Origin: a virus
Taxonomy: Duplodnaviria > Caudoviricetes
Length of the DNA: 41,591 nucleotides
Reading direction: 5' to 3' (one strand)
Virus record (IMG/VR): IMGVR_UViG_3300044852_000021
Location: 1-41,591 of that record
A model generated the notes under the pieces. The model worked only from the letters and a program-made list of their open reading frames with translations, was not told the DNA's origin and did no database searches. Of this stretch, positions 23,965-32,723 are shown piece after piece. Each line of letters begins with the position of its first letter. Position 1 is the stretch's first letter. The translations under genes and the position numbers were made by a program.

Positions 23965-24189
23965 ATGAACGCCACGGAAGCCATCGCCAAGATGATCGAA
24001 GACTCCAAGCTCGGCCCGATTAATCACTGGAATGCAGCAGGCGAACCGTGGCGCTACTCGGTGAAGATCATCAACGGTCACCACGTACAGACCAACCTCA
24101 TGGGATGGGCCGAAGAACTGCGGGTCTGGATTGATAGGTCATCCGAACCGCTAACCATCACGGAAGCCGTCGCCAGGATCGCGGCATGA
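23965..24189 (+). CDS. Hypothetical protein, 74 aa, first gene of a moron operon
   Basis: GGAAGG RBS; ATGA coupling to the RHH gene. Confidence 0.75.
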   Translation: MNATEAIAKMIEDSKLGPINHWNAAGEPWRYSVKIINGHHVQTNLMGWAEELRVWIDRSSEPLTITEAVARIAA

Positions 24190-24503
24190 GCAAGGGCACG
24201 ACACACCGCACAGTCCGCATCGAAGACGGGCTGTGGGAGGCGGCCAAAGCCAAGGCCGAGGCGGAAGACGTGAACCTGTCCGATATCATTCGAACGGCAG
24301 TAGCCGACTACGCTCAAGCTCGGGAGGTGGACATATACCGGACCTCGAAGCAGCCCGTGGCTGATTTCCCGAGCGGGAAGGTCGCCATATCCAGCCTCGA
24401 AGACCTTGAGGCGATCTGCGAATATGCTGGCGAGGTTGTCATCTACGTAGGCAAGGATGGCAAGCTGTCAGCCGCCGAAATCGTTGACGACTACCGCGAA
24501 TAG
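24186..24503 (+). CDS. Ribbon-helix-helix DNA-binding protein with an extra C-terminal domain
   Basis: HRTVRIEDGLWEAAKAKAEAEDVNLSDIIRTAV. Confidence 0.85.
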   Translation: MSKGTTHRTVRIEDGLWEAAKAKAEAEDVNLSDIIRTAVADYAQAREVDIYRTSKQPVADFPSGKVAISSLEDLEAICEYAGEVVIYVGKDGKLSAAEIVDDYRE

Positions 24504-24509
24504 TGCGGG

Positions 24510-25280
24510 TCAGATGTAGGTGTCAGTGATGGTCATGTCAGCCGAGCCAGTGCCAGTCGTCACCGGATACAAACCGACGCCGACAGACTGCCCGGGAGGA
24601 ATCGGCGTCGTGTTCGTGTTGCCCAAGTTGCCCTGAGAGAGCGTGCCATTCACGTACAGCCGCCCATTGTTGTAATCCACCCGATGCGGCGCGCCACTAA
24701 CCAGCGGCTTCGTGACCGTGTAATTCCAGCCATTCACCGTCAACGTCCAACCGCCCGGCATATCGCCGCGGACAATGAAACTGGGCATCGCGTTGTAATT
24801 GCCGCGGTGGAAGACGCTGATCGGGGAGCCCGTATCAACGGCTATGGTTTTCGACTCGCCGAACTTGCGGGGGTCTGGGCACCACACCTGAATCTGAAAC
24901 GACGCGCAATCCTGCCCGCCAACCTCAGTGAACATCGGCTTAGCAGCAAGCCGACAATCCGTCCAGCGCCCCACGCCGCGCTTCTCAACCTGGATCCGGC
25001 CCACCTGACCGCCAGCCAGCAGGCCCGTAAAGCGGTCACTAAGCGCGTCCAATTCACGGCCTGAATCAGCGAACGCGTTCCCGCTAATCGACACCGTCCG
25101 CGCATCCTGAAACACCGGCAAATTGAACGAACCATGAGCACCCGGCCGGGCCGTATTCTCAAGACGCATATCAACGCCGTCATCCCAGCCGCTAAAACCA
25201 TCCGGCGAAATGATGAACCCATCCGAGCCCTGACCATAAAAATCAAGGCCCGCAATCGTGACCCGCAAACCGTCAGTCAT
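24510..25280 (-). CDS. Minor tail protein (distal tail protein, Dit-like)
   Basis: Follows the tape measure gene; ARTVSISG and FQIQVWCPDPRKFG. Confidence 0.85.
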   Translation of the reverse strand: MTDGLRVTIAGLDFYGQGSDGFIISPDGFSGWDDGVDMRLENTARPGAHGSFNLPVFQDARTVSISGNAFADSGRELDALSDRFTGLLAGGQVGRIQVEKRGVGRWTDCRLAAKPMFTEVGGQDCASFQIQVWCPDPRKFGESKTIAVDTGSPISVFHRGNYNAMPSFIVRGDMPGGWTLTVNGWNYTVTKPLVSGAPHRVDYNNGRLYVNGTLSQGNLGNTNTTPIPPGQSVGVGLYPVTTGTGSADMTITDTYI

Positions 25281-27259
25281 CAGGCCATCCTCAACTGGTA
25301 GTTCAACGAATTAGCCGCAACCCGGCCAATGGTTTCCTCAGACATCCCAGGCGCCGGATGGATGTTCACATTCACGCCAGCAGAACCGCCAGAGCCCATC
25401 GCGGAACCAGCGCCAACGCTCGCGCCGGCCGGAACCATCGAGCCCGACAAGACGGCCGCACTAGTCACCGAAGCAGCAGCAGCAGCAACCCGCGAACGCT
25501 GCCCCTCGATACTCGTAGCGAAGTCGCCAGCAAGCGCCGCGCCAGAATGCGTCGTGTAGCCCTTGCCAGAGAACGGACCCTTCTTGGCCGGCGAGTGGGG
25601 GAAGAAGTCAGCAACAGCGCCAAGCACGCCGCCGACCGCGTCACCAATAGCGCCAACCATGCCGCTGATGCCGTCAATGAAGCCCTGAATCAGCGCCTTG
25701 CCAGAATCAACCAGCCAGCCACCAATACCGCCAAGCGCGCTAAGAACAATGTCCTTCAGCCCAATCAGGACGTTGCCGACCGTCGCGAGGGCGCCCAAGA
25801 CGATGTTCCCCAGCCCGTTCCACACCTGCGACCAGTTGCCCGTGATGATGCCCGTAACAACCTGGATGATGCCCTGGATGATCTGCATCGCCGACGTGAT
25901 GATGGCCGCGACCGCGCCGAACACCGTAACCACCACCGGCATAAGCGCCTGAATGATCGGGATAAGGAGACCGGCGATCTGTGTAATCAGTGGCGCAATC
26001 GCGCCGACAACGTTGGTGAAGATGTCAATCAGTGGCGGCAGGACAGCGGAAACAAGCTGCGTGATGATCGGCAAAAGCTGCGAATAGAGCGACAGGACCA
26101 GCGGCAGGACCGCCGCGACAACACTGCCGATAGCCGCCGCGATCTGCGGCAGGACTGGCATGAGCGCCTGGAAGATTAGCGACGTCGGCGAGAGTGCCTG
26201 ATAAAGCGAGAACAATTGCGGCACAAGAGCCGAGAACATTGGAAGGAGCGGTGCGACAAACGCGCCGATCTGCCCGATGATTGGCCCGATGCCGTCAAAC
26301 GCCTGCCGGGCAATAGTACCGATGCGCTCCATGACGCCAGCGAAACCGCTAGACGTAATGTCGCCGTCGCCCGCCTTGAACGCCGCACCCATCGCCCTAA
26401 ACCCGCCAACAATTTCCTTAGTGCCAGCGAGCGCACCAGCCATTGCCGGGCCCAGCGCCTTCGACAACGCGCCGGTCACTGCGGACACGGCGGGCAGGAG
26501 AGCGGCGCCAATAGCAGCCTTGCCGTCCTGCCACTGCGCGTTTAGAACCTGCTGCTTGTGGGAGAGAGTGTCAGTCTCTTTGGCGAAGTTGCCATGAGCG
26601 TCCGCAGTCTGCTTCATGATGAGCGACAGCGTTGCGGCCTGGTTAGCCTCGGACGATAGTGTGCCGCCAACCTTCGAGAACCCGAGAGCAGCAGCCTCGG
26701 CGTCGATCTTCGCCTGATTCAGCGAAACGCCGTAAGCCTCAATCGGGTCCCGTTCGCCTTTCAGCGCCGAACTAAGCGCCGCAACAGCATCCTGCGTCGT
26801 ACCACCAAACATGGACGACAAGTCGGCGCCAGTCTGGATCAGGTCCTTAGTCTTAGGCCCAAGATCCTCCATCGCCGTGCCGCCGTTTTTCAACTGCGAA
26901 CCGATCAGCGAACCAAGATTATTGAACTCGTCCTGAGTCAGCCCAACATCCGTTGCGGCTGATTTCGCCCAGTCATGCATCTGACCAGCAGAGCCCTTGA
27001 ATACAGCATCCACGGCGCCAACCGACTGCTCAAGGTTCGCCGCACCAGAGATTGCGCCCTTGAAGAATGAGCCAACAGCCAGCGCTCCAGCAGCAGCGGT
27101 GAGGATGCCGCCCATGCCCTTCATGAACCCGCCGCCGGCAGACTTGCCAGCAGATCCACCCGAAGACTCGGCCGAACCGAAAGCCTTCTTAATGTCGCCC
27201 GCCAGATTGTTGGTGCCCAAGCCAACGGAGATAAAAGCGGATCCAAGTTCCGTTGCCAA
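25280..27259 (-). CDS. Tape measure protein, 659 aa
   Basis: TTG start MATELGSAFISV; Ala/Gly-rich with periodic hydrophobic repeats. Confidence 0.9.
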   Translation of the reverse strand: MATELGSAFISVGLGTNNLAGDIKKAFGSAESSGGSAGKSAGGGFMKGMGGILTAAAGALAVGSFFKGAISGAANLEQSVGAVDAVFKGSAGQMHDWAKSAATDVGLTQDEFNNLGSLIGSQLKNGGTAMEDLGPKTKDLIQTGADLSSMFGGTTQDAVAALSSALKGERDPIEAYGVSLNQAKIDAEAAALGFSKVGGTLSSEANQAATLSLIMKQTADAHGNFAKETDTLSHKQQVLNAQWQDGKAAIGAALLPAVSAVTGALSKALGPAMAGALAGTKEIVGGFRAMGAAFKAGDGDITSSGFAGVMERIGTIARQAFDGIGPIIGQIGAFVAPLLPMFSALVPQLFSLYQALSPTSLIFQALMPVLPQIAAAIGSVVAAVLPLVLSLYSQLLPIITQLVSAVLPPLIDIFTNVVGAIAPLITQIAGLLIPIIQALMPVVVTVFGAVAAIITSAMQIIQGIIQVVTGIITGNWSQVWNGLGNIVLGALATVGNVLIGLKDIVLSALGGIGGWLVDSGKALIQGFIDGISGMVGAIGDAVGGVLGAVADFFPHSPAKKGPFSGKGYTTHSGAALAGDFATSIEGQRSRVAAAAASVTSAAVLSGSMVPAGASVGAGSAMGSGGSAGVNVNIHPAPGMSEETIGRVAANSLNYQLRMA

Positions 27260-27273
27260 AGGGCACCAACTCT

Positions 27274-27995
27274 CTATGTTGTTTTCATGTATCGCCCGCG
27301 CGCGTCTCGGGTCTGCTTCGGTTTTTCCAGAGGAGTGGCAGGCCATCCAAGCCAGTCGCGTATGGAATCCATCGACTCGGCCTTGCCGCCGAACTTCTTC
27401 GCATCCGGCGTGACGCCGGGGCGCGGGATCTGCTTGGGACGGTTCTTGTTCTTCTGCCCGTCTTTCGACTGCATCCAATTCCCGGCAATCACCGCGTCAG
27501 CCACAATGGCTAGAAGGTGCTCAGACAGGCCCCAAGGCGCCGCATCCGGGTGCATCTCCCGGTACAAGGCGGACGTCGCGGGCTGATACTTTACGACGTC
27601 GCGCAGATCAGCCCAGGACAGGGAGGACGGTACGTCGGCAACCCGGTAGCCGAGCCCCATAAGGTCGTAGTTGATGGCCCCTCTAAACTCCCGGAGGAGA
27701 GTTAGGAGGCCTCGGATTCCCCCACGGTCACGCCGCTGTCAGCCTGCCACGCGCCGATAAGCGCGGTGAGCTGGTCCTTGTCGAGCGTGCGGATCGCCTT
27801 GCCGATGGGGGAATCCTTCTCGCCGAAGACGGAAAGGTAGGGTCCGATTGCGTTCTCAGGGGCGCTCTCGACAGCCTCCAGCACGCCAACGGAAAGGTGC
27901 TCAAACTTCGGCACGCTGTACGTCTTCGTACCAACCTTGAACTCGAACACGTTCTGCTTCAGGGACCGCTTAGCCGCGGGTACTTCATAAACCAT
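27274..27995 (-). CDS. Tail assembly chaperone, long form made by -1 frameshift
   Basis: GGGGGAA at 27723-27717; the -1 frame is open into MGLGYRVADVPSSLSWADL...PKQIPRP. Confidence 0.85.
27702..27995 (-). CDS. Tail assembly chaperone, short form
   Basis: Follows the major tail gene; ends AWQADSGVTVGES at the slippery site. Confidence 0.9.
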   Translation of the reverse strand: MVYEVPAAKRSLKQNVFEFKVGTKTYSVPKFEHLSVGVLEAVESAPENAIGPYLSVFGEKDSPIGKAIRTLDKDQLTALIGAWQADSGVTVGESEAS

Positions 27996-28044
27996 GGGGT
28001 GACTCCAAAGAATAGGGTGACTGATTTGAGTGGGTGACTATTGG

Positions 28045-28084
28045 AAAACCTCGGGGCGGGGAGTCACCACAACCCGCCCCGAGG
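28045..28084 (-). terminator. Terminator after the major tail gene
   Basis: 12-bp stem CCTCGGGGCGGG/CCCGCCCCGAGG followed by TTTT on the minus strand. Confidence 0.75.
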
Positions 28085-28095
28085 GGCTTTATGGA

Positions 28096-28674
28096 CTAGG
28101 CGCCCGAGAACTTGCCGTTATCGAGGTACTTGTAGGCCTTCGTGCCCTGCGAATCGGCGAACGCCTCAACGGTGACTTCGTAGCCGATGACCTCGGAGTC
28201 GCTGTAGGTGATGTCGCCGACTTCGGTGATCTGGCCGTCCGGGACGTAGATGCGGATCTTCGCGTCCCCGTCCTTGACCTCGAACACGTAGGACTTGTGC
28301 GGCAGGGTGGAGGCGTTGACCTGAACCTCATGCAGCGTGCCAGTCGAGACGGTCGCCGCCGTGGTGGTGACGTTGCCCTCGCCGTAGACGGCTTTCAGGA
28401 CGTCGGCGTTCAGGGTTTCCAAGAACGTGAACTTATAGGTCACGTTATGCTCGGTCTGGACAACCTTGACAGTGTCGCCGCCCCAAGCCCGGATGCGGTC
28501 GGTAGACCGCTCGTTCGCCTCAGTGACGCCATCCTCGCCAATGTAGCCGGCAGCATTGAAGCCGGTAAGCGTCGAGAGTGCGGTCGTGGGGGCTGCGGCG
28601 CTAAGAGCGCCAATCAGGATCCCGCCAGTAGCCAGGGGAACCCCAGCCACAACATTAGAAGCCGTGTTGGCCAT
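28096..28674 (-). CDS. Major tail protein
   Basis: GYIGEDGV, IRAWGGDTV and FTFLET; GGAGG RBS. Confidence 0.9.
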   Translation of the reverse strand: MANTASNVVAGVPLATGGILIGALSAAAPTTALSTLTGFNAAGYIGEDGVTEANERSTDRIRAWGGDTVKVVQTEHNVTYKFTFLETLNADVLKAVYGEGNVTTTAATVSTGTLHEVQVNASTLPHKSYVFEVKDGDAKIRIYVPDGQITEVGDITYSDSEVIGYEVTVEAFADSQGTKAYKYLDNGKFSGA

Positions 28675-28734
28675 TGTGTTTCCTCCAAGAGTTTGGGCAT
28701 AAAAAGCCCTCACGACGGAGGGCAGGAAAGTGGA

Positions 28735-29133
28735 TTAGATAACCGCCGGCTTGACGTGCCAGCGAACAGTGAATTGGTAACGCGGCTTGGCCGTGTCAGG
28801 GTCAGGGAAGTTCTGCACGCCGCCGACAGAATCGACGCGGCGCACAAACACGCCGCCAGCAGTCGTCCACGCAGCAGCGAGCATGAGGGCCTGTGAGCGC
28901 CGCGCAAGATTCGAAGCGGTCGGCTCATCATCAGCCCAACACTCAACCGTCAGTTGCGCAGTATCCGACGCAACACCAGTGCGTGAACCGCCGGTCAGCG
29001 AAACCCGAACCATCTTCGCGGGCATCGTCGCGGGAACCTTAGTGGCAACCTTGTCAGCAAGAGCGCCAAGACCTGACCGCAAATAGACGACAGCCGCAGA
29101 CTCGGCATCAGGGGAGACAAGAACCTCAGCCAT
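28735..29133 (-). CDS. Tail terminator
   Basis: VRVSLTGG, LTVECWA and PDPDTAKPRYQFT; synteny. Confidence 0.8.
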   Translation of the reverse strand: MAEVLVSPDAESAAVVYLRSGLGALADKVATKVPATMPAKMVRVSLTGGSRTGVASDTAQLTVECWADDEPTASNLARRSQALMLAAAWTTAGGVFVRRVDSVGGVQNFPDPDTAKPRYQFTVRWHVKPAVI

Positions 29134-29396
29134 CAGCCCCCCAGTTGATCGAACACGCGGACGAGTGTCTGGTGCTTGGCGTTATCGCGGATCGCCTTGA
29201 AGTCGTCCGTGAACACGGTCCCGATAGCGCGGCCCAACGTGCCCCGCCCAACACCCTGCACAACAGACCCGACATAGCCCGGCCCGGCAGCAGAAGCCGC
29301 GGCGTCAACGCTGGATTCCAGCATGCGAACAGCCTCGGGTGAGCGGCGGATCTCTTCGAAGCCGGCTTGACGCCACTTGAACTTGGTCTTAGCCAT
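29133..29396 (-). CDS. Neck/tail completion protein (HK97 gp10-like position)
   Basis: GFEEIRRSPE...NAKHQTLVR; synteny. Confidence 0.75.
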   Translation of the reverse strand: MAKTKFKWRQAGFEEIRRSPEAVRMLESSVDAAASAAGPGYVGSVVQGVGRGTLGRAIGTVFTDDFKAIRDNAKHQTLVRVFDQLGG

Positions 29397-29725
29397 CAGC
29401 CAGTCACCCGCCTCAACGACACAACAGCGCCCGGCTCGTGGTTGCTGAACATGTTCCGCCAGCGCCGAACCTCACCCTCAACCTCATAAGTCAAGCCGCG
29501 GACAATGGCACGGTCGCGCGGCACGAACGGCATGTCAAACGGCCCGTAAAGGGTCGGCTCAACAATCACCCGCCCCTGACCAGCAAGACGCGGCTCACTT
29601 GAAGACCCAGGGTCGAAACCGTAACGCCCCGGAAGATCGACCGCCGCGCCCCAAGTTTCCGCCTCGTTCCCATGCGCATCCTCCGACGCGCCCACAAAAG
29701 GGACACGCTGCACAAGCTCACTCAT
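29396..29725 (-). CDS. Head-to-tail stopper
   Basis: EDAHGNE...W, DRAIVRGLTYEVEG and LRRVTG. Confidence 0.8.
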   Translation of the reverse strand: MSELVQRVPFVGASEDAHGNEAETWGAAVDLPGRYGFDPGSSSEPRLAGQGRVIVEPTLYGPFDMPFVPRDRAIVRGLTYEVEGEVRRWRNMFSNHEPGAVVSLRRVTG

Positions 29726-30158
29726 AGTCAGCCGGCCCCACGTAGAACCGGCTAAAAGGCGACGTAACCGGGATCGTGTCAACCGTAAACGCGCCGCGAG
29801 TAGACCCAGCCGGGGAAACAAGCGCCAACTCGGCATCAGTAATCCACAACTCGCCCGGCTGATCCCCGCCATAAGTGACCGAACCAGTAAACGGTCCGGT
29901 ACCCTCTTGGCGCTGCCGTATACCCTCCGGATTGCGGAACACTCGCTGAACCATCGACGTAACAACATCCACGACATTGCCGAACAGATCAGGCTCAGTC
30001 TCAAACCCCGAATCTAGGCGAGCGCCCAAGGTTGGGACCTTGGACCTAAGAAGACGCTCGGCCTTCCCTATCCAGATATCAACCTTCGCCGTGTCCGTAG
30101 GCGCGTCATCGCCAATCCACGCCCCCAGCACGTCGGCCGCAACAGTCAAACTAGCCAT
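29718..30158 (-). CDS. Head-to-tail adaptor
   Basis: MVQRVFRNPEG...TGPFT...LWITDAELAL. Confidence 0.85.
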   Translation of the reverse strand: MASLTVAADVLGAWIGDDAPTDTAKVDIWIGKAERLLRSKVPTLGARLDSGFETEPDLFGNVVDVVTSMVQRVFRNPEGIRQRQEGTGPFTGSVTYGGDQPGELWITDAELALVSPAGSTRGAFTVDTIPVTSPFSRFYVGPADYE

Positions 30159-30177
30159 GACGCCTCCTGCGGTGCCA

Positions 30178-30206
30178 GCGGGTGCACGCCAGAAGCGTGC
30201 ACCCGC
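30178..30206. terminator. Hairpin after the major capsid gene
   Basis: 12-bp perfect stem GCGGGTGCACGC-CAGAA-GCGTGCACCCGC; no clear U tract. Confidence 0.55.
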
Positions 30207-30218
30207 CAGGGTTGATAG

Positions 30219-31418
30219 TTACGCGAACAGGCCGCGGATGACGCCGTGCGAGCGCTCGTTGCCGTAAGACAGGCCGATTTCGCCGTAGATCTGGGTCTTG
30301 TCAGAGGCGCCGGTCTTAGCCAGCTCCTCCTCGAACAGAACACCCTTGCCCGGGATGGACAGGAACACGGGGTCGATCTGCTCCAGCGACAGGACAGCCA
30401 GCGCGTCGGCAGGCAGTGCGCGGTCGATAGCGACGTTCAGGGTGCCGAAGTCCGTGATGATCGTGTCAACGGACACGCCACCAACGTTGCGAGTGCCACC
30501 GAGGAGCTGAGCGCCGACGTTGCCCGCGGCGTAAGCCTTGGTCAGCGCACGCTTCTGGCCCGAGGGGACGAAGATGGTAGCCGTACCCTGCTCGGAAATG
30601 CCGCCGTTGTCGTACACCGACTGAAGCAGGTTGCCAATCAGATCCGGGGTGATGACCGTAGCGGCCTTCACGCCGTAGAACGACACGGTAGCGGTGCCGA
30701 TGACGATGGCAGTGCCGCCCCTGGTAGCGGAAACCTTGAAGGTAGCGGTCGTGCCGTTGGCGACAACCCAGTAGGCGCGGCCCGGAACGATCGTGGTGGA
30801 AGCCCCAACGTCAGTGAACACAACCTTGTCGTTCACAACAAGGTTGTGAGTGACGGTGACAGTGTCAGTCGCGGCGGAAGCACCGACAGTGAGCGCGTTG
30901 CTGGAGTCAGCAACCTGAGCGTTAGACGTGATCGCCTGGAACAGGCCGCGAGTCTGACGAGCCGTGGTGTTGTCCACCGGCTTGTTGTACTTGCCGTGCC
31001 AGAACGTGTAGTTCACGTCGCGGGCCATCTGCTTGAGCGCCTGCGCAACCTGCCAGGAGTGCTCCGAAGCGACCGGGTTGGCGATGCCGTTGCCGGCGGA
31101 AGCGTACAGGTCAGTAGCGGCCTGCTTGGTGTAGCTGGTGCTCACGGACTCGTGGAAGATCTGCACGATGTTGTCATGGTTCGCACGAACGCGAGCCTCA
31201 GCAGTAGGAGCGTCGCCACCTTCGAGGCGGGTGCGGATCTGCGGGTCACGCAGATCATAGTCCTGCCACTCGAACGAGGTAGACGTGGCCTGCTTGCCGC
31301 CACCGTTGAGGCCGCCAGCCGCAGACAGCAGCGGGGTTTCCTCCGGGGTCAGGGCCATCAGTTCGCCGTGGTAGTTGGGGAGATTGAAAGTGGTGCTAAG
31401 ACCAGTGATGCCGGCCAT
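30219..31418 (-). CDS. Major capsid protein (DUF5309/SU10-like) with an inserted beta domain
   Basis: ETPLLS, FEWQ, NIVQIF, TRGL, TDFG and LAKTGASDKTQIYGEIGL; follows the scaffold gene. Confidence 0.9.
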   Translation of the reverse strand: MAGITGLSTTFNLPNYHGELMALTPEETPLLSAAGGLNGGGKQATSTSFEWQDYDLRDPQIRTRLEGGDAPTAEARVRANHDNIVQIFHESVSTSYTKQAATDLYASAGNGIANPVASEHSWQVAQALKQMARDVNYTFWHGKYNKPVDNTTARQTRGLFQAITSNAQVADSSNALTVGASAATDTVTVTHNLVVNDKVVFTDVGASTTIVPGRAYWVVANGTTATFKVSATRGGTAIVIGTATVSFYGVKAATVITPDLIGNLLQSVYDNGGISEQGTATIFVPSGQKRALTKAYAAGNVGAQLLGGTRNVGGVSVDTIITDFGTLNVAIDRALPADALAVLSLEQIDPVFLSIPGKGVLFEEELAKTGASDKTQIYGEIGLSYGNERSHGVIRGLFA

Positions 31419-31420
31419 GG

Positions 31421-31978
31421 TTAGTCCGTCCGTTCAGCCAGTGCCGCAGCCTTCTGCTGCTGCAACGAGATTGCAAGGGGGAAGTTACGATCAGCCCGGG
31501 CCGCGGCAATATCCGCGTCAAAGTCGACCGTCTTCTGTGTGGCGTTCGTCCGCGCAATCGCCGACGAACTGGGGGCGGCAAGCTTCTGCTCACCCAAGAA
31601 AGCAAGTAGCGCGTCAGCCGAAGCTTCAAGCTCCTCCTGCGTGCTGCCCGTAAGCAGTGCAGTAGGGACGCCCTTGGCGGCGGCAACGTCGGTGCGGAGC
31701 TTGCCAGACTTCAGCTCGGCGTTTTCACGCTCAACAGCTTCCAGTCGGTCGGCAGTCTTCTGCGCCTCGGTCTTGTTAGCCTCTTCCCACTCGGCGTACT
31801 TCTGGGCCTTGGCCTTCAGTTCGTCGTAGTCGGTCGGAAGCTTTTTGCGCTCCCGGTCAAGACGCGCCTGGATGATCCGGTCAAGCTCCTCCTGCGATGC
31901 GGGGGCCTTGAACGTCACTTCCTCAGTAGCGGTCTGCTCGGTGTGTTCTCCCGCGGTAGCGGTGATGTCATCAGACAT
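31421..31978 (-). CDS. Capsid scaffolding protein
   Basis: SQEELDRIIQARLDRER, DYDELKAKA and LLTGSTQEEL. Confidence 0.9.
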   Translation of the reverse strand: MSDDITATAGEHTEQTATEEVTFKAPASQEELDRIIQARLDRERKKLPTDYDELKAKAQKYAEWEEANKTEAQKTADRLEAVERENAELKSGKLRTDVAAAKGVPTALLTGSTQEELEASADALLAFLGEQKLAAPSSSAIARTNATQKTVDFDADIAAARADRNFPLAISLQQQKAAALAERTD

Positions 31979-32069
31979 AGGTGTATCCATCCGTTTAGAG
32001 CCTGTCGGCTATTTTTGATAGGCCACACTTACGGCGTGCGTAACCGCTTCGCAGGAGAACTGCGGAAGA

Positions 32070-32723
32070 TTATTTGGCGTCCCGGACCTTCGCATACTGG
32101 TCATAGAGCGCAATCGGGTCGTAGCCGAACTCGACACGGGCGCGGGTTTCATCCCAAACAGGCATCGCATTACAGCGGCACTTGCCGTGGAACTTCTTCG
32201 ACTGGCCGGCGGTCGATTTCGAGTAGACGAACCCGCGGGAAGCGAGCATCAGGCAGAACTCGCATGCGCCAGGCTCCGGGATCCGCGCATAAGCGGCCTT
32301 GTCCTTGTGCGCCGCCTGCATGACCGTGTCACGGCCCGGCTGCAAGGCATATTCGTTCGTCATCATCCCGAGGAACGCCGTCAACGTTGCGCCGTCACCA
32401 GCCCACAGCGGCCCGCTGGCCCGCGTAGCGAAACCAAGCCTGGCATTCACCTGTTCCGCCGGGATGAGGGGCGCCAAGGGGGCGCCAAACCTCCCCGGCA
32501 CGCCTTCCGATGCCCGCAGTTCGTCATACCAGTCAGCCGCAACCGTCGCCGCCATGTCCCCATACTCGGAAACCAGCGACGGGACAAAGTCAAACAAGGC
32601 CCGCTGAACAGCCTCCGGGCGCCCAAAATCCATGACGCCCAGAAAGTCCAGCAAGTCCCGTTCGACAAGGTCCGCTATGCCGTTATTGGCCTGCTCGAAC
32701 TGCGTCAGCAGTTGCATTGACAT
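32070..32723 (-). CDS. MuF-like / capsid maturation protein
   Basis: AADWYDELR, ACEFCLMLASRG and FHGKCRC; between portal and scaffold. Confidence 0.75.
   Translation of the reverse strand: MSMQLLTQFEQANNGIADLVERDLLDFLGVMDFGRPEAVQRALFDFVPSLVSEYGDMAATVAADWYDELRASEGVPGRFGAPLAPLIPAEQVNARLGFATRASGPLWAGDGATLTAFLGMMTNEYALQPGRDTVMQAAHKDKAAYARIPEPGACEFCLMLASRGFVYSKSTAGQSKKFHGKCRCNAMPVWDETRARVEFGYDPIALYDQYAKVRDAK

Noticed and set aside
30246-31424. 392-aa + strand ORF, and similar long antisense ORFs such as 28030..28896, 25358..26179 and 6741..7553
   Set aside because: Antisense to clear genes, with unnatural composition; expected from GC-rich codon bias
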